Shown here: piece after piece, positions 24,808 through 34,282 of the stretch | How the letters are laid out: each line of letters opens with the position of its first letter | Numbering within the stretch: position 1 is the first letter of the stretch | NCBI GenBank assembly: GCA_035063585.1 | Contig: JAPSGB010000009.1 | Coordinates: forward strand, 35,980 to 99,979 | DNA from: Polyangiaceae bacterium | Lineage (GTDB): Bacteria; Myxococcota_A; Polyangia; Polyangiales; Polyangiaceae | Direction of reading: 5' to 3' | Length of the DNA stretch: 64,000 bases | Program-made: the position numbers and the translations under genes | The notes under the pieces: generated by a model | The model's input: only the letters and a program-made list of their open reading frames with translations | Told to the model about the DNA's origin: nothing | Database searches by the model: none

Positions 24808-27051
24808 TCAGCCGCCCTTCGCGACCCCGAGCTCGTCGAGCAGCGCGTCCGCGTGGTCGACGTATCGCATCACGAAGAGCACGTAGCGGATGTCGACGTG
24901 GATGGCCCGCGTGATATCCGGCATGAAGAGCCAGTCCGAGGCCATCGCCTCGTAGTTACCGTCGAACGCCAGGCCGACCAGCTTGCCGGTCGCATCGAGG
25001 GTCGCCGAGCCGGAGTTGCCGCCGGTGATGTCGAGGTCGCTGAGGAAGTCCACCGGCACGTCCGGGTGGCTCGCGATCGCGTCGAGCAAGCGCTGGGGCG
25101 CGTCGAACGGCGCCGTGCCGGTGGCCTTCGCTGCGACCCCCGACGCGACCGTGAAGGGCTGGTACACGGGAGCGTCGGGCCGGGGCCGGTAGCCGCGCAC
25201 CGAGCCGTAGGTCACCCGGAGCGTGCCGTTGGCGTCCGGGGCGAGCGGCCCCGGCACGAGCTCGCGGAGCGCCGCGACGTAGCGCGGCCGGAGGAGCGCG
25301 AGCTTGCCGGCGCGCGCACGCGCGCGGTCCTCCGCGGCCCGCCCGAGCGCACGGAGGGCGAGCGCGACCTTGAGCAGTGGATCGGGGCTCGCCCGGAGCT
25401 GCGCGACGGTCGCTGACTTCATCAGCCGGACCCGGGTGGCCGGGGACTCGAGCGCGGTCTTGGCGAGGACGCGGCCGGCAGCGGCGGCGAGCGCGGCGTC
25501 GCTCGGGTTCGGCTCTGCGCCCACGAAGGGCGCGAGGAGCGGCCGGCGAACCACCTCGGGTAGTCGCGCCGCGCGGCGGAGCGCAGCGCCGAGCACCGCC
25601 GCGTCGAGCGCGCGGCTGTAGCGGCGCGTCACGTTCTCTTGCCGGGCGACCAGGCCTTCCTGGTCACGCTGCTGATATCCGAGGTCACGCTCGGCGTCGG
25701 GCTTCGCGCGCTCCTCGGCGTTGTGCACGATGGCCACCGCCTCCCCGACCAGCGATACGAACCGCACGAGCTCGTCGAGCGCGGCGTCGGCGTCGCGCGT
25801 CCGCGCGCGCTCCGCGAACACGGCGCGGAGCCCGGTGAGGACGTCACCGTCGCGCTGCTTACGCCTCGCGTCGCCGTCGATGAAGGCGGCGAGCTCCTCG
25901 TCGCGGCGCGTCCGCACCGCCTCCGCGCCGCCCTTGACCAGCCCCTCGAGCGCGCCGCGCGTATACGTGAGCACGTTCGAGAGGCCTCGGCTCAGGGGCG
26001 TGGACTTGAGCCGCGCGTCCTCGTCCTTCTCGCCCAGCGCGCCGAGCACCGCGAGGTAGTCCTCGCAGAGCGCGATACGACGCGGGTAGTACCAGTCGAC
26101 CGCCTCGCGGACCTCGTCCGCCGTGCTGAGCCGGTAGGTGCGCCCGGGATAGCCCGCGACGAACACGAAGTCGCCGGCGGCGAGCGGCCGGTCGGCGACT
26201 CGGAGGTGCGCGGAAGGCCGATACGGGACGTTCTTCGGCGAGAAGGCCGCGGGCTGCCCGTCGGGTGCGACGTACGCGCGATAGAACGCAAAATCTCCGG
26301 AGTGGCGCGGCCAGCGCCAGTTGTCGACCTCGCCGCCGAAGTTTCCGATGCCGGAGGCCGGCGCGTAGACGAGCCGCACGTCCTTCAGCTCGAGCCGCTC
26401 GATGAGGCGGTACTCGCTCCCGCCGAAGAAGTCCGCGACCTCACAACGCGCGTCCGGATGCGCCGCCTCGCAGCCCGCCACGAGCTCCTTCGTGCGCGCC
26501 TCGATGGCCCGATCTCGCGCAGCGTCGTCAGCGATCGCGTCGAGCCCGCCCCGGATCGTGGCGGTCACGTCGGTGAACGCGCGCGTCACGAATACGCGCC
26601 CGGAGGGTCCGATGGATTTCTCTTCGTCGCGCGTCTTGGCGAGATAGCCGTCCTTCAGCAGATCCTCGCCCGGCTTCGAGTTATACTGTAGCGCCCCGGT
26701 CACGCAGTGGTGATTGGTGGCGATGAGACCGTCCGCGGAGACGAACGACGCTGAACACCCGCCGAGGCTCACCACCGCCGCGAGCGGCGCGGCCGAGGGC
26801 TCCGCGAGCGTCGCGGGCGCGAGCGTGAGCCCTCCCTCGCGGAGCGTCGCCGCCTGCTCGACGAGCTGGCTCGGCAGCCACATCCCGCCCGGATCGTGGA
26901 AGCCCGCCGGCGGCGCCTCGGCGGCGGTCCGCACGGGCGCGCTCGCCGCGGGAGGCGGCGGCGGCGGCGCCGGGACGATGTCGAGCGGCGCGGGGCTGCA
27001 CGCGACGACACCAAGGAGCCCGAGGACTGAGCGACGCATGAAGCGCGCCAT
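24808..27051 (-). CDS. Peptidase S46 family dipeptidyl-peptidase (DPP7/DPP11-like), lipoprotein/secreted
   Basis: GMWLPSQL near the N-terminus. The catalytic His block is GLIATNHHC and the Ser block is DITGGNSGSATLD. Signal sequence MARFMRRSVLGLLGVVAC. The start is taken at ATG 27051; the track ORF runs on to 27672 into the SDR gene. Confidence 0.9.
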   Translation of the reverse strand: MARFMRRSVLGLLGVVACSPAPLDIVPAPPPPPPAASAPVRTAAEAPPAGFHDPGGMWLPSQLVEQAATLREGGLTLAPATLAEPSAAPLAAVVSLGGCSASFVSADGLIATNHHCVTGALQYNSKPGEDLLKDGYLAKTRDEEKSIGPSGRVFVTRAFTDVTATIRGGLDAIADDAARDRAIEARTKELVAGCEAAHPDARCEVADFFGGSEYRLIERLELKDVRLVYAPASGIGNFGGEVDNWRWPRHSGDFAFYRAYVAPDGQPAAFSPKNVPYRPSAHLRVADRPLAAGDFVFVAGYPGRTYRLSTADEVREAVDWYYPRRIALCEDYLAVLGALGEKDEDARLKSTPLSRGLSNVLTYTRGALEGLVKGGAEAVRTRRDEELAAFIDGDARRKQRDGDVLTGLRAVFAERARTRDADAALDELVRFVSLVGEAVAIVHNAEERAKPDAERDLGYQQRDQEGLVARQENVTRRYSRALDAAVLGAALRRAARLPEVVRRPLLAPFVGAEPNPSDAALAAAAGRVLAKTALESPATRVRLMKSATVAQLRASPDPLLKVALALRALGRAAEDRARARAGKLALLRPRYVAALRELVPGPLAPDANGTLRVTYGSVRGYRPRPDAPVYQPFTVASGVAAKATGTAPFDAPQRLLDAIASHPDVPVDFLSDLDITGGNSGSATLDATGKLVGLAFDGNYEAMASDWLFMPDITRAIHVDIRYVLFVMRYVDHADALLDELGVAKGG

Positions 27052-27167
27052 AGAACGGCGCGGCGACGCGTTCAACCGCCGCCGCGCCTTCTTTGCGACG
27101 GGCCGCGCGGGCGGGCCGGTCGCCGGCCGCGCCGGACCGACCAGGAGCCCGCCTGGCGCGCGGAGCC

Positions 27168-28082
27168 TCAGCTCCCCATCACGCCCTTCATCGCGGCGCC
27201 GGCGGCTTCCATCGCGTTCGCGAACGCCTGCGCCTTCGAGAGATCGTTGATCTCGCTCCACTTCGCGGCCACCGCGTCGGGGTTCATCGCCTCCGCGGTC
27301 GGCAAGACCGCGCCGGCGCCTTCCATCACCGCCACGCGCGCGAAGTAGCCGCCACCCACGGCATAGATCTGCGCCGTCTCGCTGAGACCCTCCGAGCAGA
27401 GGTAGCCGACCATCGCCGAGACGTACTCCGGCAGGAGCTTGTTCAGGATGTCGGGCGGCATGATGGTCTCCGTCATGCGGCTCTTGGCGACCGGCGCGAT
27501 GACGTTGCTCTTGATGTTGTACTTTGCGCCCTCGTGCGCGAGCGTCTTGGCGAGGCCTACGATGCCGAGCTTGGCGGCGCTGTAGTTGGTCTGCCCGAAG
27601 TTTCCATAGAGACCCGCCGCGCTGGTGGTGAATACCACGCGACCGTAGTTGTTCTCGCGGAGCAGCGGCCACGCAGCCTTGGTGACGTACATGCTGCCGT
27701 AGAGGTGCACCTTGAGGACCATCTCCCAGTCCTGCTCGGTGAGCTTCACGAACGACACGTCGCGCAGGATGCCCGCGTTGTTGATCACGATATCGAGCTT
27801 GCCGAAGGCGTCCTTCGCGGTCTTCACGATGCTCTCGGCGCCCGCCATGGTGTCGACGCCGTCGTAGTTCGCCACCGCCTCGCCACCGGCCGCCTTGATC
27901 TCGTCGACCACCTTGTCGGCGGCCTTCTTGGCGCCTTCGCCCGAGCCGTCGACGGAGCCGCCGAGGTCGTTCACGACCACCTTGGCGCCGCGAGAGGCGA
28001 GCAGGAGCGCATGCGAGCGGCCAAGGCCGCCGCCAGCACCGGTTACGATCGCGACGCGATTGTCGAAACGGATATCGGCCAT
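27168..28082 (-). CDS. SDR, MFE-2/HSD17B4-N-terminal-type (3R)-hydroxyacyl-CoA dehydrogenase
   Basis: VAIVTGAGGGLGRSHALLLASRGAKVVVNDLGG, NNAGILRD and GNFGQTNYSAAKLG closely parallel the human HSD17B4 dehydrogenase domain (recalled from memory). Confidence 0.9.
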   Translation of the reverse strand: MADIRFDNRVAIVTGAGGGLGRSHALLLASRGAKVVVNDLGGSVDGSGEGAKKAADKVVDEIKAAGGEAVANYDGVDTMAGAESIVKTAKDAFGKLDIVINNAGILRDVSFVKLTEQDWEMVLKVHLYGSMYVTKAAWPLLRENNYGRVVFTTSAAGLYGNFGQTNYSAAKLGIVGLAKTLAHEGAKYNIKSNVIAPVAKSRMTETIMPPDILNKLLPEYVSAMVGYLCSEGLSETAQIYAVGGGYFARVAVMEGAGAVLPTAEAMNPDAVAAKWSEINDLSKAQAFANAMEAAGAAMKGVMGS

Positions 28083-28250
28083 GAGTCTCTCCTTGTTCCG
28101 GGTGTCCGGGTTATGGGGAGCGCACCCTAGTTCCTGAGCGCGCGAGGCTCAAGGCCAGCCTGACCGAGCGGCCAGGATTTGGAGCCTCGCGCCCGGAGGA
28201 GAGGGTGCGTGCGCGGCGCGGCCGGCGGCCGGCCCGCGCCCCGCACCGGC

Positions 28251-29618
28251 TCAGTAGCCCTGCTTCGCCACGGCGCGGTCGCCCGGGCTGATCTCGACCT
28301 GCGAGGCCGTCACCATGCAGAGCGAGGAGTACTTCCGGGTTCGCACGACCCGGAGCTCCCCGACCACCTCTTCCGGATAGGCCTTCTGGTCCTCGTCGAC
28401 CGGCGTCAGCTCGACGGGCGAGTCATCCGGGCTGTCGAGGAGCATGCGCTGGCGGGTCGCGCGCGTGGCGGTCTTGAGGCCGCGCTTCCACGCGTCTCCG
28501 CGGTGCACGATGAACAGGCGGTTGCCCGGCACGAGCCCGTCCTCGCTGCCGCGATCGATGAATACGATTTGCTCTCGTGCGACGAAGACGTGCGGATAGA
28601 TGCCGGTGAGGACCCGCGCCCAGACGGTCTTCTCGTTCACCTTGGGCGGCACCACGTCGAAGCGCCGCCCCACCGGGCCGACCAGCGCGCCGCGCTCGAT
28701 GACATCGAGCGACTCGGTGATGATGCCACGCGCCAGGTGCGAGTCCGGGTCGTATTGGTCGATGCGCACGGTGCCCTTCACCGCGACGATCTCGCCCGGT
28801 GGCTGGCGAGCGCCCGGCACGTCCTTGGGCTTTTGCCCCGGGAGGAAGATGGTGAGCGACTGTCCGGGGGCGACCTTCACATCCGGGCGCATCCGGAGGT
28901 AGACGCGGTTCCCCTCGCTCAGCAGCATCTGATCTTCGCGAGAGCCGACCAGCTCGCCCCAGCGATCCTTCTCGGGATCGTCGATGTAGCCCTCGTTGCG
29001 AAGGAACACCGTGCCCGCGCCGACCCCGCCCCCGCTTCCCGAGCCACCGCGCGTGAGCCCGCGCTCGTGCAGGCTCGACAGCGTCGAGCGCGCTCCGGCC
29101 TGGCGCATCCGGACCTCGTCGCCCGGATAGATCCAGTGCGGGTTCTGGAGCTGCGGGTTATAGCTCCAGACCTTCGGCCAGGCGTAGGGGTTCCCGAAGT
29201 AGCGGTCGCACAGGTCCCACAGGGTGTCGCCGCGCTTCACCGTGTGGATCTCGGGGACCGACACCGAGCGGCCGCTCAGGAGCACGCCCTCGGAGCCCTT
29301 TCCGCCGTATACGGTCCCGCCGCCACCCGAGGGCTGGTTCAAGTCGAAGCCGTCGGACTGACCACCGGTGATCGGGCGCGAGCTCGACGGCAACCCCGCG
29401 TTGATGTCGGTGCCGGGCGCGGGGACCCCGTACGGCGCGGTATAGGTCGTGGTGGTCGTGGTGGTGGCCGCCGCCGGCGCGGCGCCGCTCGCATCCGCGG
29501 GGGCTGGCGCCGTCTCCGCGCTCGCGCTCTGCGCCAGCGCGACACGCTCTTGGCCCAGCGCCGCGCCGAGCGCAGCCAAGAACAGCCAGCGGGACGGGCT
29601 CGAGAAGGTGGCGCGCAT
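28251..29618 (-). CDS. Secreted LysM-domain protein
   Basis: Signal WLFLAALGAALGQERVALAQSA. LysM segment HTVKRGDTLWDLCDRYFGNPYAWPKVWSYNPQLQNPHWIYPGDEVRM. The start ATG at 29618 shares one nt with the upstream stop (TGATG). Confidence 0.8.
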   Translation of the reverse strand: MRATFSSPSRWLFLAALGAALGQERVALAQSASAETAPAPADASGAAPAAATTTTTTTYTAPYGVPAPGTDINAGLPSSSRPITGGQSDGFDLNQPSGGGGTVYGGKGSEGVLLSGRSVSVPEIHTVKRGDTLWDLCDRYFGNPYAWPKVWSYNPQLQNPHWIYPGDEVRMRQAGARSTLSSLHERGLTRGGSGSGGGVGAGTVFLRNEGYIDDPEKDRWGELVGSREDQMLLSEGNRVYLRMRPDVKVAPGQSLTIFLPGQKPKDVPGARQPPGEIVAVKGTVRIDQYDPDSHLARGIITESLDVIERGALVGPVGRRFDVVPPKVNEKTVWARVLTGIYPHVFVAREQIVFIDRGSEDGLVPGNRLFIVHRGDAWKRGLKTATRATRQRMLLDSPDDSPVELTPVDEDQKAYPEEVVGELRVVRTRKYSSLCMVTASQVEISPGDRAVAKQGY

Positions 29619-30421
29619 CAGTAGCCCTCGGGTATGCGCCGCGCGGCGGCAGCGTCCGGATAAGTCTGACTCAACCGCGCGAAGCTCGCCCGCGCGTCGT
29701 CCGCGCGTCCGAGCTTGGCGAGGCTCATGCCGAGCTTGAGGAGCGCGTCGGGCGCCTTCTTGCCCTTCGGGAAGCGCTGGACGACGTCGCGGAACGAGCG
29801 GGTCGCCGCCTCGTAGTCGCCGAGCGCGTAGCGACACTCGGCGCCAAAGTAGAGCGCACTTTCCGCGAGTGGGCTCTTCGGATGCGCGCTCGCGAAGCGG
29901 GCGAGCGCGGCCGCCGCCCCCTCGTAGTCCTTGGCCCTCACCAGGCCGAGCGCCGCGCGGTACTCGGCGCGCTCGGCCTCACTCACCGCGCCACTGCCCG
30001 TCGTCGAGGTCTCGAAGCGCCCGCCGACGCCGCGAATGACCGGCCGCGGCCCGTCGCCGGCGTCGTCCTCCGCGAGCGCGGCGTCGAGGTCGTCGCCATC
30101 GCTAGCGCCGTCGTCTGCGCTCGGCGATGACGGCTGGCTCTCCGGAGTGACGCGAACCACCGCGAGCGGCGGGCGCTCGGGCGGGGCAGCCGCCGGCTCC
30201 GGCGCCGGCGAGGCGTGGCGCGCGCGCGACGCCTGGCCGACCTCCACCGCGGCGAGCCGCTCTTCGAGGCGGTCCTGGCTGTTCTGGAGCCGGGCGAGAT
30301 CGTCGGTGAGCTCGCCGATGCGCTTCCGCATCGCGTCCCGATCTCCGGCGCAGCCGCCCGTCGCGAGCGCGAGGAGCACGAGACCGACGGGAGTGAAGCG
30401 CTTTACGCTGACCCTGCTCAT
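29618..30421 (-). CDS. YbgF/CpoB-like periplasmic coiled-coil plus TPR protein (lipoprotein)
   Basis: Lipobox LALATGGC. Coiled coil IGELTDDLARLQNSQDRLEERLAAVE. The C-terminal TPR pattern (YRAALGLVRAKDYEGAAAALARF...SPLAESALYFGAECRYALGDYEAA...FPKGKKAPDALLKLGMSLAKLG) matches the YbgF layout. The start is taken at ATG 30421. Confidence 0.75.
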   Translation of the reverse strand: MSRVSVKRFTPVGLVLLALATGGCAGDRDAMRKRIGELTDDLARLQNSQDRLEERLAAVEVGQASRARHASPAPEPAAAPPERPPLAVVRVTPESQPSSPSADDGASDGDDLDAALAEDDAGDGPRPVIRGVGGRFETSTTGSGAVSEAERAEYRAALGLVRAKDYEGAAAALARFASAHPKSPLAESALYFGAECRYALGDYEAATRSFRDVVQRFPKGKKAPDALLKLGMSLAKLGRADDARASFARLSQTYPDAAAARRIPEGY

Positions 30422-30545
30422 CCTGGCCCGAGATCCTAGGCAGCGGGCCGCCGCGGGCCAAATTGTCCGGGGCGAGCCGTCCGGCGAGGCGCCGGGGCGG
30501 GCCTTCTGGACTCCGAACGCGGCTGAAGGTAGGTTCGAGGTCATC

Positions 30546-31382
30546 GTGGGGTTCAAGCGGACGAGACGCGGACGAGGCAAGCCCAGGCGACGCCTCGATC
30601 TCAGAAAGACACTCTTCGTCCTCCCCAACCTCATCACGCTCGCCAGCATCTTCTGCGGCTTCAACGCCATCCGCATCGTGGCCAAGGACGGCGTGACGGT
30701 GGAGGATTTCTACCGGGCGGCGGTCTTGCTCATCTTCGCGATGCTGTTCGACATGATGGACGGGCGGGTGGCGCGCATGACCAAGACCCAGAGCGCCTTC
30801 GGTCTGCAGATCGACTCGCTCGCCGACATCGTCTCATTCGGCGTCGCGCCCGCCCTGCTCGTCTATAAATGGGTGCTCCACCGCCACCCCATCGCCGGGC
30901 TCCTCACCGCCTTCCTCTTCGTCGCCTGCGGCGCGATCCGCCTGGCGCGCTTCAACGTCCTGTCGTCGGCGCCGAGCGGCGCGCCCACCAAGCCGGGGCG
31001 TTACATCCTCGGGCTGCCCATCCCGCCTGCGTCCGGCATCCTCATCTCGCTGGTGGTGGCGAACCACGCCGTGGGCGGCGCCCTCGGCGACGAGCGCTAC
31101 ACGCTGATTCTGTTCGCGGTGACGGTCGTGCTCAGCCTACTCATGGTCTCGAGCGTCAAGTTCCGCTCGTTCAAGGACCTGAAGCTCGATACCAGCACCG
31201 TGCTCCTGATAGCCTTCACGCTCGGCTCGAGCGCGTTCATCTGGCGCAGGTTCAAGCCGGAATTCGTGCTGGTGTGGCTGCTCGGCGTGTACGTCCTCAT
31301 CGGCTTCATCGAGACCCTCCGGCTCATCGCCGCGCGGCTCCGGCGAGTCGACCACCCGACCGTCCCGCCCGCCGAGAGCTGA
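30546..31382 (+). CDS. pssA: CDP-diacylglycerol--serine O-phosphatidyltransferase (CDP-alcohol phosphatidyltransferase family)
   Basis: LPNLITLASIFCGF, the motif DMMDGRVARMTKTQSAFGLQIDSLADIVSFGVAP (DGx2ARx8Gx3Dx3D), and multiple TM helices. A GTG start at 30546 is assumed. Confidence 0.85.
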   Translation: MGFKRTRRGRGKPRRRLDLRKTLFVLPNLITLASIFCGFNAIRIVAKDGVTVEDFYRAAVLLIFAMLFDMMDGRVARMTKTQSAFGLQIDSLADIVSFGVAPALLVYKWVLHRHPIAGLLTAFLFVACGAIRLARFNVLSSAPSGAPTKPGRYILGLPIPPASGILISLVVANHAVGGALGDERYTLILFAVTVVLSLLMVSSVKFRSFKDLKLDTSTVLLIAFTLGSSAFIWRRFKPEFVLVWLLGVYVLIGFIETLRLIAARLRRVDHPTVPPAES

Positions 31383-31449
31383 GCCACGCGCGAGCCGCGC
31401 GGTTTCCGCGCCGGACCGCCCCGCGGAAGCGTGCTATGCGAGGGGCGTC

Positions 31450-33426
31450 GTGTCCCTGCTCGAAGTCGCCGACCTCACCTTCGGCTACAACGCCGACAAG
31501 CTGTTCGAGGGCGTGACGCTGCGCCTCGAGCCGGGCGAGCGCGCGGCCCTGGTGGCGCCGAACGGCGCCGGCAAGAGCACCCTCCTCCGCCTCATCGCCG
31601 GCGAGCTTCCGCCCGATCGCGGCTCCGTGCTCATGAGCAAGTCCGCGAGCATGGGCTACTACCGCCAGAGCCACGAGCTCTCCGCCGACGGCACCGTGAT
31701 GGACCAGCTGTTGAGCGGTTTCTCCGACCTCGTGAAGCTCCGGCGTGAGCTCCACGACGCGCAGCTCGCGGCCGCCAGCGGGAGCGAGCGGGATCTCGAG
31801 CGGCTCGCCGATCTGACCGATCGCTACCAGCACGCCGGTGCCGACCAGCTCGAGCGCCGGGTCGAGACGATCGCGACGCGGCTCGGGTTCCCCCTCGAGT
31901 CCCTCGAGCGCCCGGTCCGGAGTCTCTCGGGCGGCGAGCGCGGCCGGCTCGGGCTGGGCGTCGTCTTGGCCACCGAGCCCGAGGTGCTCTTGCTCGACGA
32001 GCCGACCAATCACCTCGATCTCGACACCATCCGATGGCTCGAGGGCTACCTCTCCGCATGGCGGGGCAGCGTGCTCCTCGTGTCGCACGATCGCGCGTTC
32101 CTCGATAACGTCTGTACGAGCACGATGGAGCTCGGACACACGAGCTTCCGCGTCTATCCCCTCGCCTTCTCGGCGTATCAGGCCGAGCGCGCCGCCGATC
32201 TGGAGCGCGAGCGCAAGCTGGCCGAGGAGCAGGCCGGCTTCGTCGCCAAGACGGAGGACTTCATCCGGCGTAACATCGCCGGCCAGAAGACCAAGCAGGC
32301 CCAAGCGCGCCGCAAGATGCTCGAGAAGCTCGAGCGCGTGTCGCGCCCGGAGGACGTCTGGCAGAGCGCCGAGCGCGTCCGCTTCCGCTTCGTGGAGGCG
32401 CCGCGGAGCGGCGACCTCGTGCTCGAGGCGACCGGCCTCGGCGCCGAGCGCGGCGGACGCACCTTGTTCCATGGGCTCGAGCTCTTGGTGCGGCGCGGCG
32501 ACCGCGTCGGCATCGTCGGCGCGAACGGCTCCGGCAAGACGACCCTGCTGAAGCTGCTCGCTGGGCAAGGCGCGACGAGCGACGCGGGCGCGGTGCGCCG
32601 AGGCACCAACCTCTGCGAGGGCTACTTCGATCAGCAGCTCGGAACGCTCGACCCGAACAAGAGCCTGGTCGACGAGATCCGCAGCGTGAAGGGCGATCTC
32701 AACGTCGACGCCACCCGCCAGTATCTCGCGCGGTTCCGCTTCTACGGCGACGATCCGCTGCGACAGGTCGCGAGCCTCTCGGGCGGCGAGCGCACCCGCC
32801 TCGCGCTCGCCAAGCTCCTGCTCGAGCCGCGAAACCTCCTGTTCCTCGACGAGCCGACCAACCACCTCGACATCCCGGCTGCGGAGATCCTCGAGGAGGC
32901 GCTCGCCGGCTTCGAGGGCACCGTCGTCCTGGTCTCGCATGATCGGCGCTTCCTCGAGAACGTGACGACCCGCACCGTGGCGTTCCTCGCGAGCGGCGTC
33001 GACGTCTACGAGGGCGGATACCGGGACTTCACCGACATGCTCGCGCGCCAGGAGCGAGCCCGGGACGACGCCGCCCGCGACGCGGCTCAGCGCGAGCGCA
33101 AGGCGAAGGAGAAGCAGGAGCGCGACGCCGCAGCGTCGAACGGCGCCGAGCGGCACAAGGCGCGCCGCGCCGCCGCGCGCGAGGTGGAGAAGAAGAAGAA
33201 GCGGGTCGCCGAGCTAGAGACGCTCATCGCCGAGTCCGAGGATCTGGTCCGGGTGATGCGCGAGCGGCTCACGAGCGCGCCCGGCGGCGACTGGGAGCGG
33301 CTCCACAACTGGGCCAAAGAAGAGCAGAGCCTGAGCCAGAAGCTCGACCGCATGATGAGCGAGTGGACGACCCTCTCCGACGAGCTGGCTCGCGCGAGTG
33401 CGGAGCCCGCGGAGGCCGAGGCATGA
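31450..33426 (+). CDS. ABC-F family ATPase (Uup/YheS-like translation factor type; no TM domain)
   Basis: Two ABC cassettes: GPNGAGKSTLL...LSGGERGRL...LLLDEPTNHLD and GANGSGKTTLL...LSGGERTRL...LFLDEPTNHLD. There is a charged coiled-coil C-terminus. Confidence 0.92.
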   Translation: MSLLEVADLTFGYNADKLFEGVTLRLEPGERAALVAPNGAGKSTLLRLIAGELPPDRGSVLMSKSASMGYYRQSHELSADGTVMDQLLSGFSDLVKLRRELHDAQLAAASGSERDLERLADLTDRYQHAGADQLERRVETIATRLGFPLESLERPVRSLSGGERGRLGLGVVLATEPEVLLLDEPTNHLDLDTIRWLEGYLSAWRGSVLLVSHDRAFLDNVCTSTMELGHTSFRVYPLAFSAYQAERAADLERERKLAEEQAGFVAKTEDFIRRNIAGQKTKQAQARRKMLEKLERVSRPEDVWQSAERVRFRFVEAPRSGDLVLEATGLGAERGGRTLFHGLELLVRRGDRVGIVGANGSGKTTLLKLLAGQGATSDAGAVRRGTNLCEGYFDQQLGTLDPNKSLVDEIRSVKGDLNVDATRQYLARFRFYGDDPLRQVASLSGGERTRLALAKLLLEPRNLLFLDEPTNHLDIPAAEILEEALAGFEGTVVLVSHDRRFLENVTTRTVAFLASGVDVYEGGYRDFTDMLARQERARDDAARDAAQRERKAKEKQERDAAASNGAERHKARRAAAREVEKKKKRVAELETLIAESEDLVRVMRERLTSAPGGDWERLHNWAKEEQSLSQKLDRMMSEWTTLSDELARASAEPAEAEA

Positions 33427-34178
33427 CGCCCACTCGCTGGCTCGCGAGCGGGATTTTCTTCCTGAGCGTCGCGGCCGGCGGCCTGCCCGCCTGCCACCAC
33501 GACACCGACACGGACGGCTCGAGCGATCCCTCGACGCCACGCGACGACTCGCTACCGCCGCTCACGCTGAAGGACGACACCCCGAACCTGCTCCTCACCT
33601 GGATCGACGAGACCGGCGATTTTCGCGTGGTGACGCAGCCCGCCGAGGTGCCCGAGAAGGGGCGCAAGGCCGTGCGCGTGGTCGTCACCACCGACACGCA
33701 TGGTACCGGGCAGGTCGTGTACGTGGCCGATCTCACGCGGAAGAACGCGGACGGCGGCTACCCGGTCACCACCATGCCGCGCTCCGCCTGGGACGAGAAG
33801 GGCGCGAGCCTTCGCAAGGCGCGGCTAGAGGCGCTCGCGCCGAGCGCGCGGCCACCCGCGCCGGCCGGTTCCAGCTCGAGCGAGCCGGGGGCCGCCCCGG
33901 TGCCCGGCGGCGTCGTCGCGATCGTGTACGGCGCCGAGTGGTGCGGAGCGTGCCATGACGCGGAGCGATACCTGAAGCAGCGAGGGATCCGGGTGATCCA
34001 CAAGGATATCGAGAAGAGCGCGCTCGCGAACCGCGAGATGCAAGAGAAGCTGTCGGCCAATCACCTCTCGGGCGGGAGCATCCCGGTCCTCGACATCGGT
34101 GGGCGCGTCCTCGTGGGATTCTCGCCGAGCGCCGTCGACGCCGCGCTCACCGCGGCGCGCGCGACCGAGACGCTCTAG
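33423..34178 (+). CDS. Lipoprotein with C-terminal glutaredoxin/thioredoxin-fold domain (CGAC)
   Basis: ATGA overlap with the ABC-F stop. Signal/lipobox FFLSVAAGGLPAC. The C-terminus is VAIVYGAEWCGACHDAERYLKQRGIRVIHKDIE...IPVLDIGGRVLVGF. Confidence 0.72.
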   Translation: MTPTRWLASGIFFLSVAAGGLPACHHDTDTDGSSDPSTPRDDSLPPLTLKDDTPNLLLTWIDETGDFRVVTQPAEVPEKGRKAVRVVVTTDTHGTGQVVYVADLTRKNADGGYPVTTMPRSAWDEKGASLRKARLEALAPSARPPAPAGSSSSEPGAAPVPGGVVAIVYGAEWCGACHDAERYLKQRGIRVIHKDIEKSALANREMQEKLSANHLSGGSIPVLDIGGRVLVGFSPSAVDAALTAARATETL

Positions 34179-34282
34179 CCGGCCGCGCGACCCCGCCGAT
34201 CGCTCGAGGCAGAGGCCTGTCCGGGTCTCGGGCGGCCGAGCCCTTGACGGCTGGCCGGCCTGAGCATCATCCTGGGCGGGCG

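Noticed and set aside
22501-25416. 971-aa + strand ORF
   Set aside because: It is antisense to the LMW-PTP, acyl-CoA dehydrogenase and S46 peptidase genes, all of which have unambiguous motifs. Its composition is Arg/Ala/Glu/Val-biased.
27052-27672. N-terminal 207-aa extension of the S46 peptidase ORF (track 24808..27672)
   Set aside because: The extension is Arg/Gly/Asp-rich and overlaps the SDR gene in another frame. A signal peptide (MARFMRRSVLGLLGVVAC) begins at 27051.
28211-28243. Imperfect GC-rich inverted repeat (ggcgcggccggc/ggccggcccgcgcc) just downstream of the LysM gene stop
   Set aside because: It has one bulge and no U-tract, and is indistinguishable from the background of GC-rich self-complementarity. 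It is not reported as a terminator.
31324-33156. 610-aa minus-strand ORF
   Set aside because: It is antisense to the ABC-F gene, which has two complete Walker A/signature/Walker B sets.
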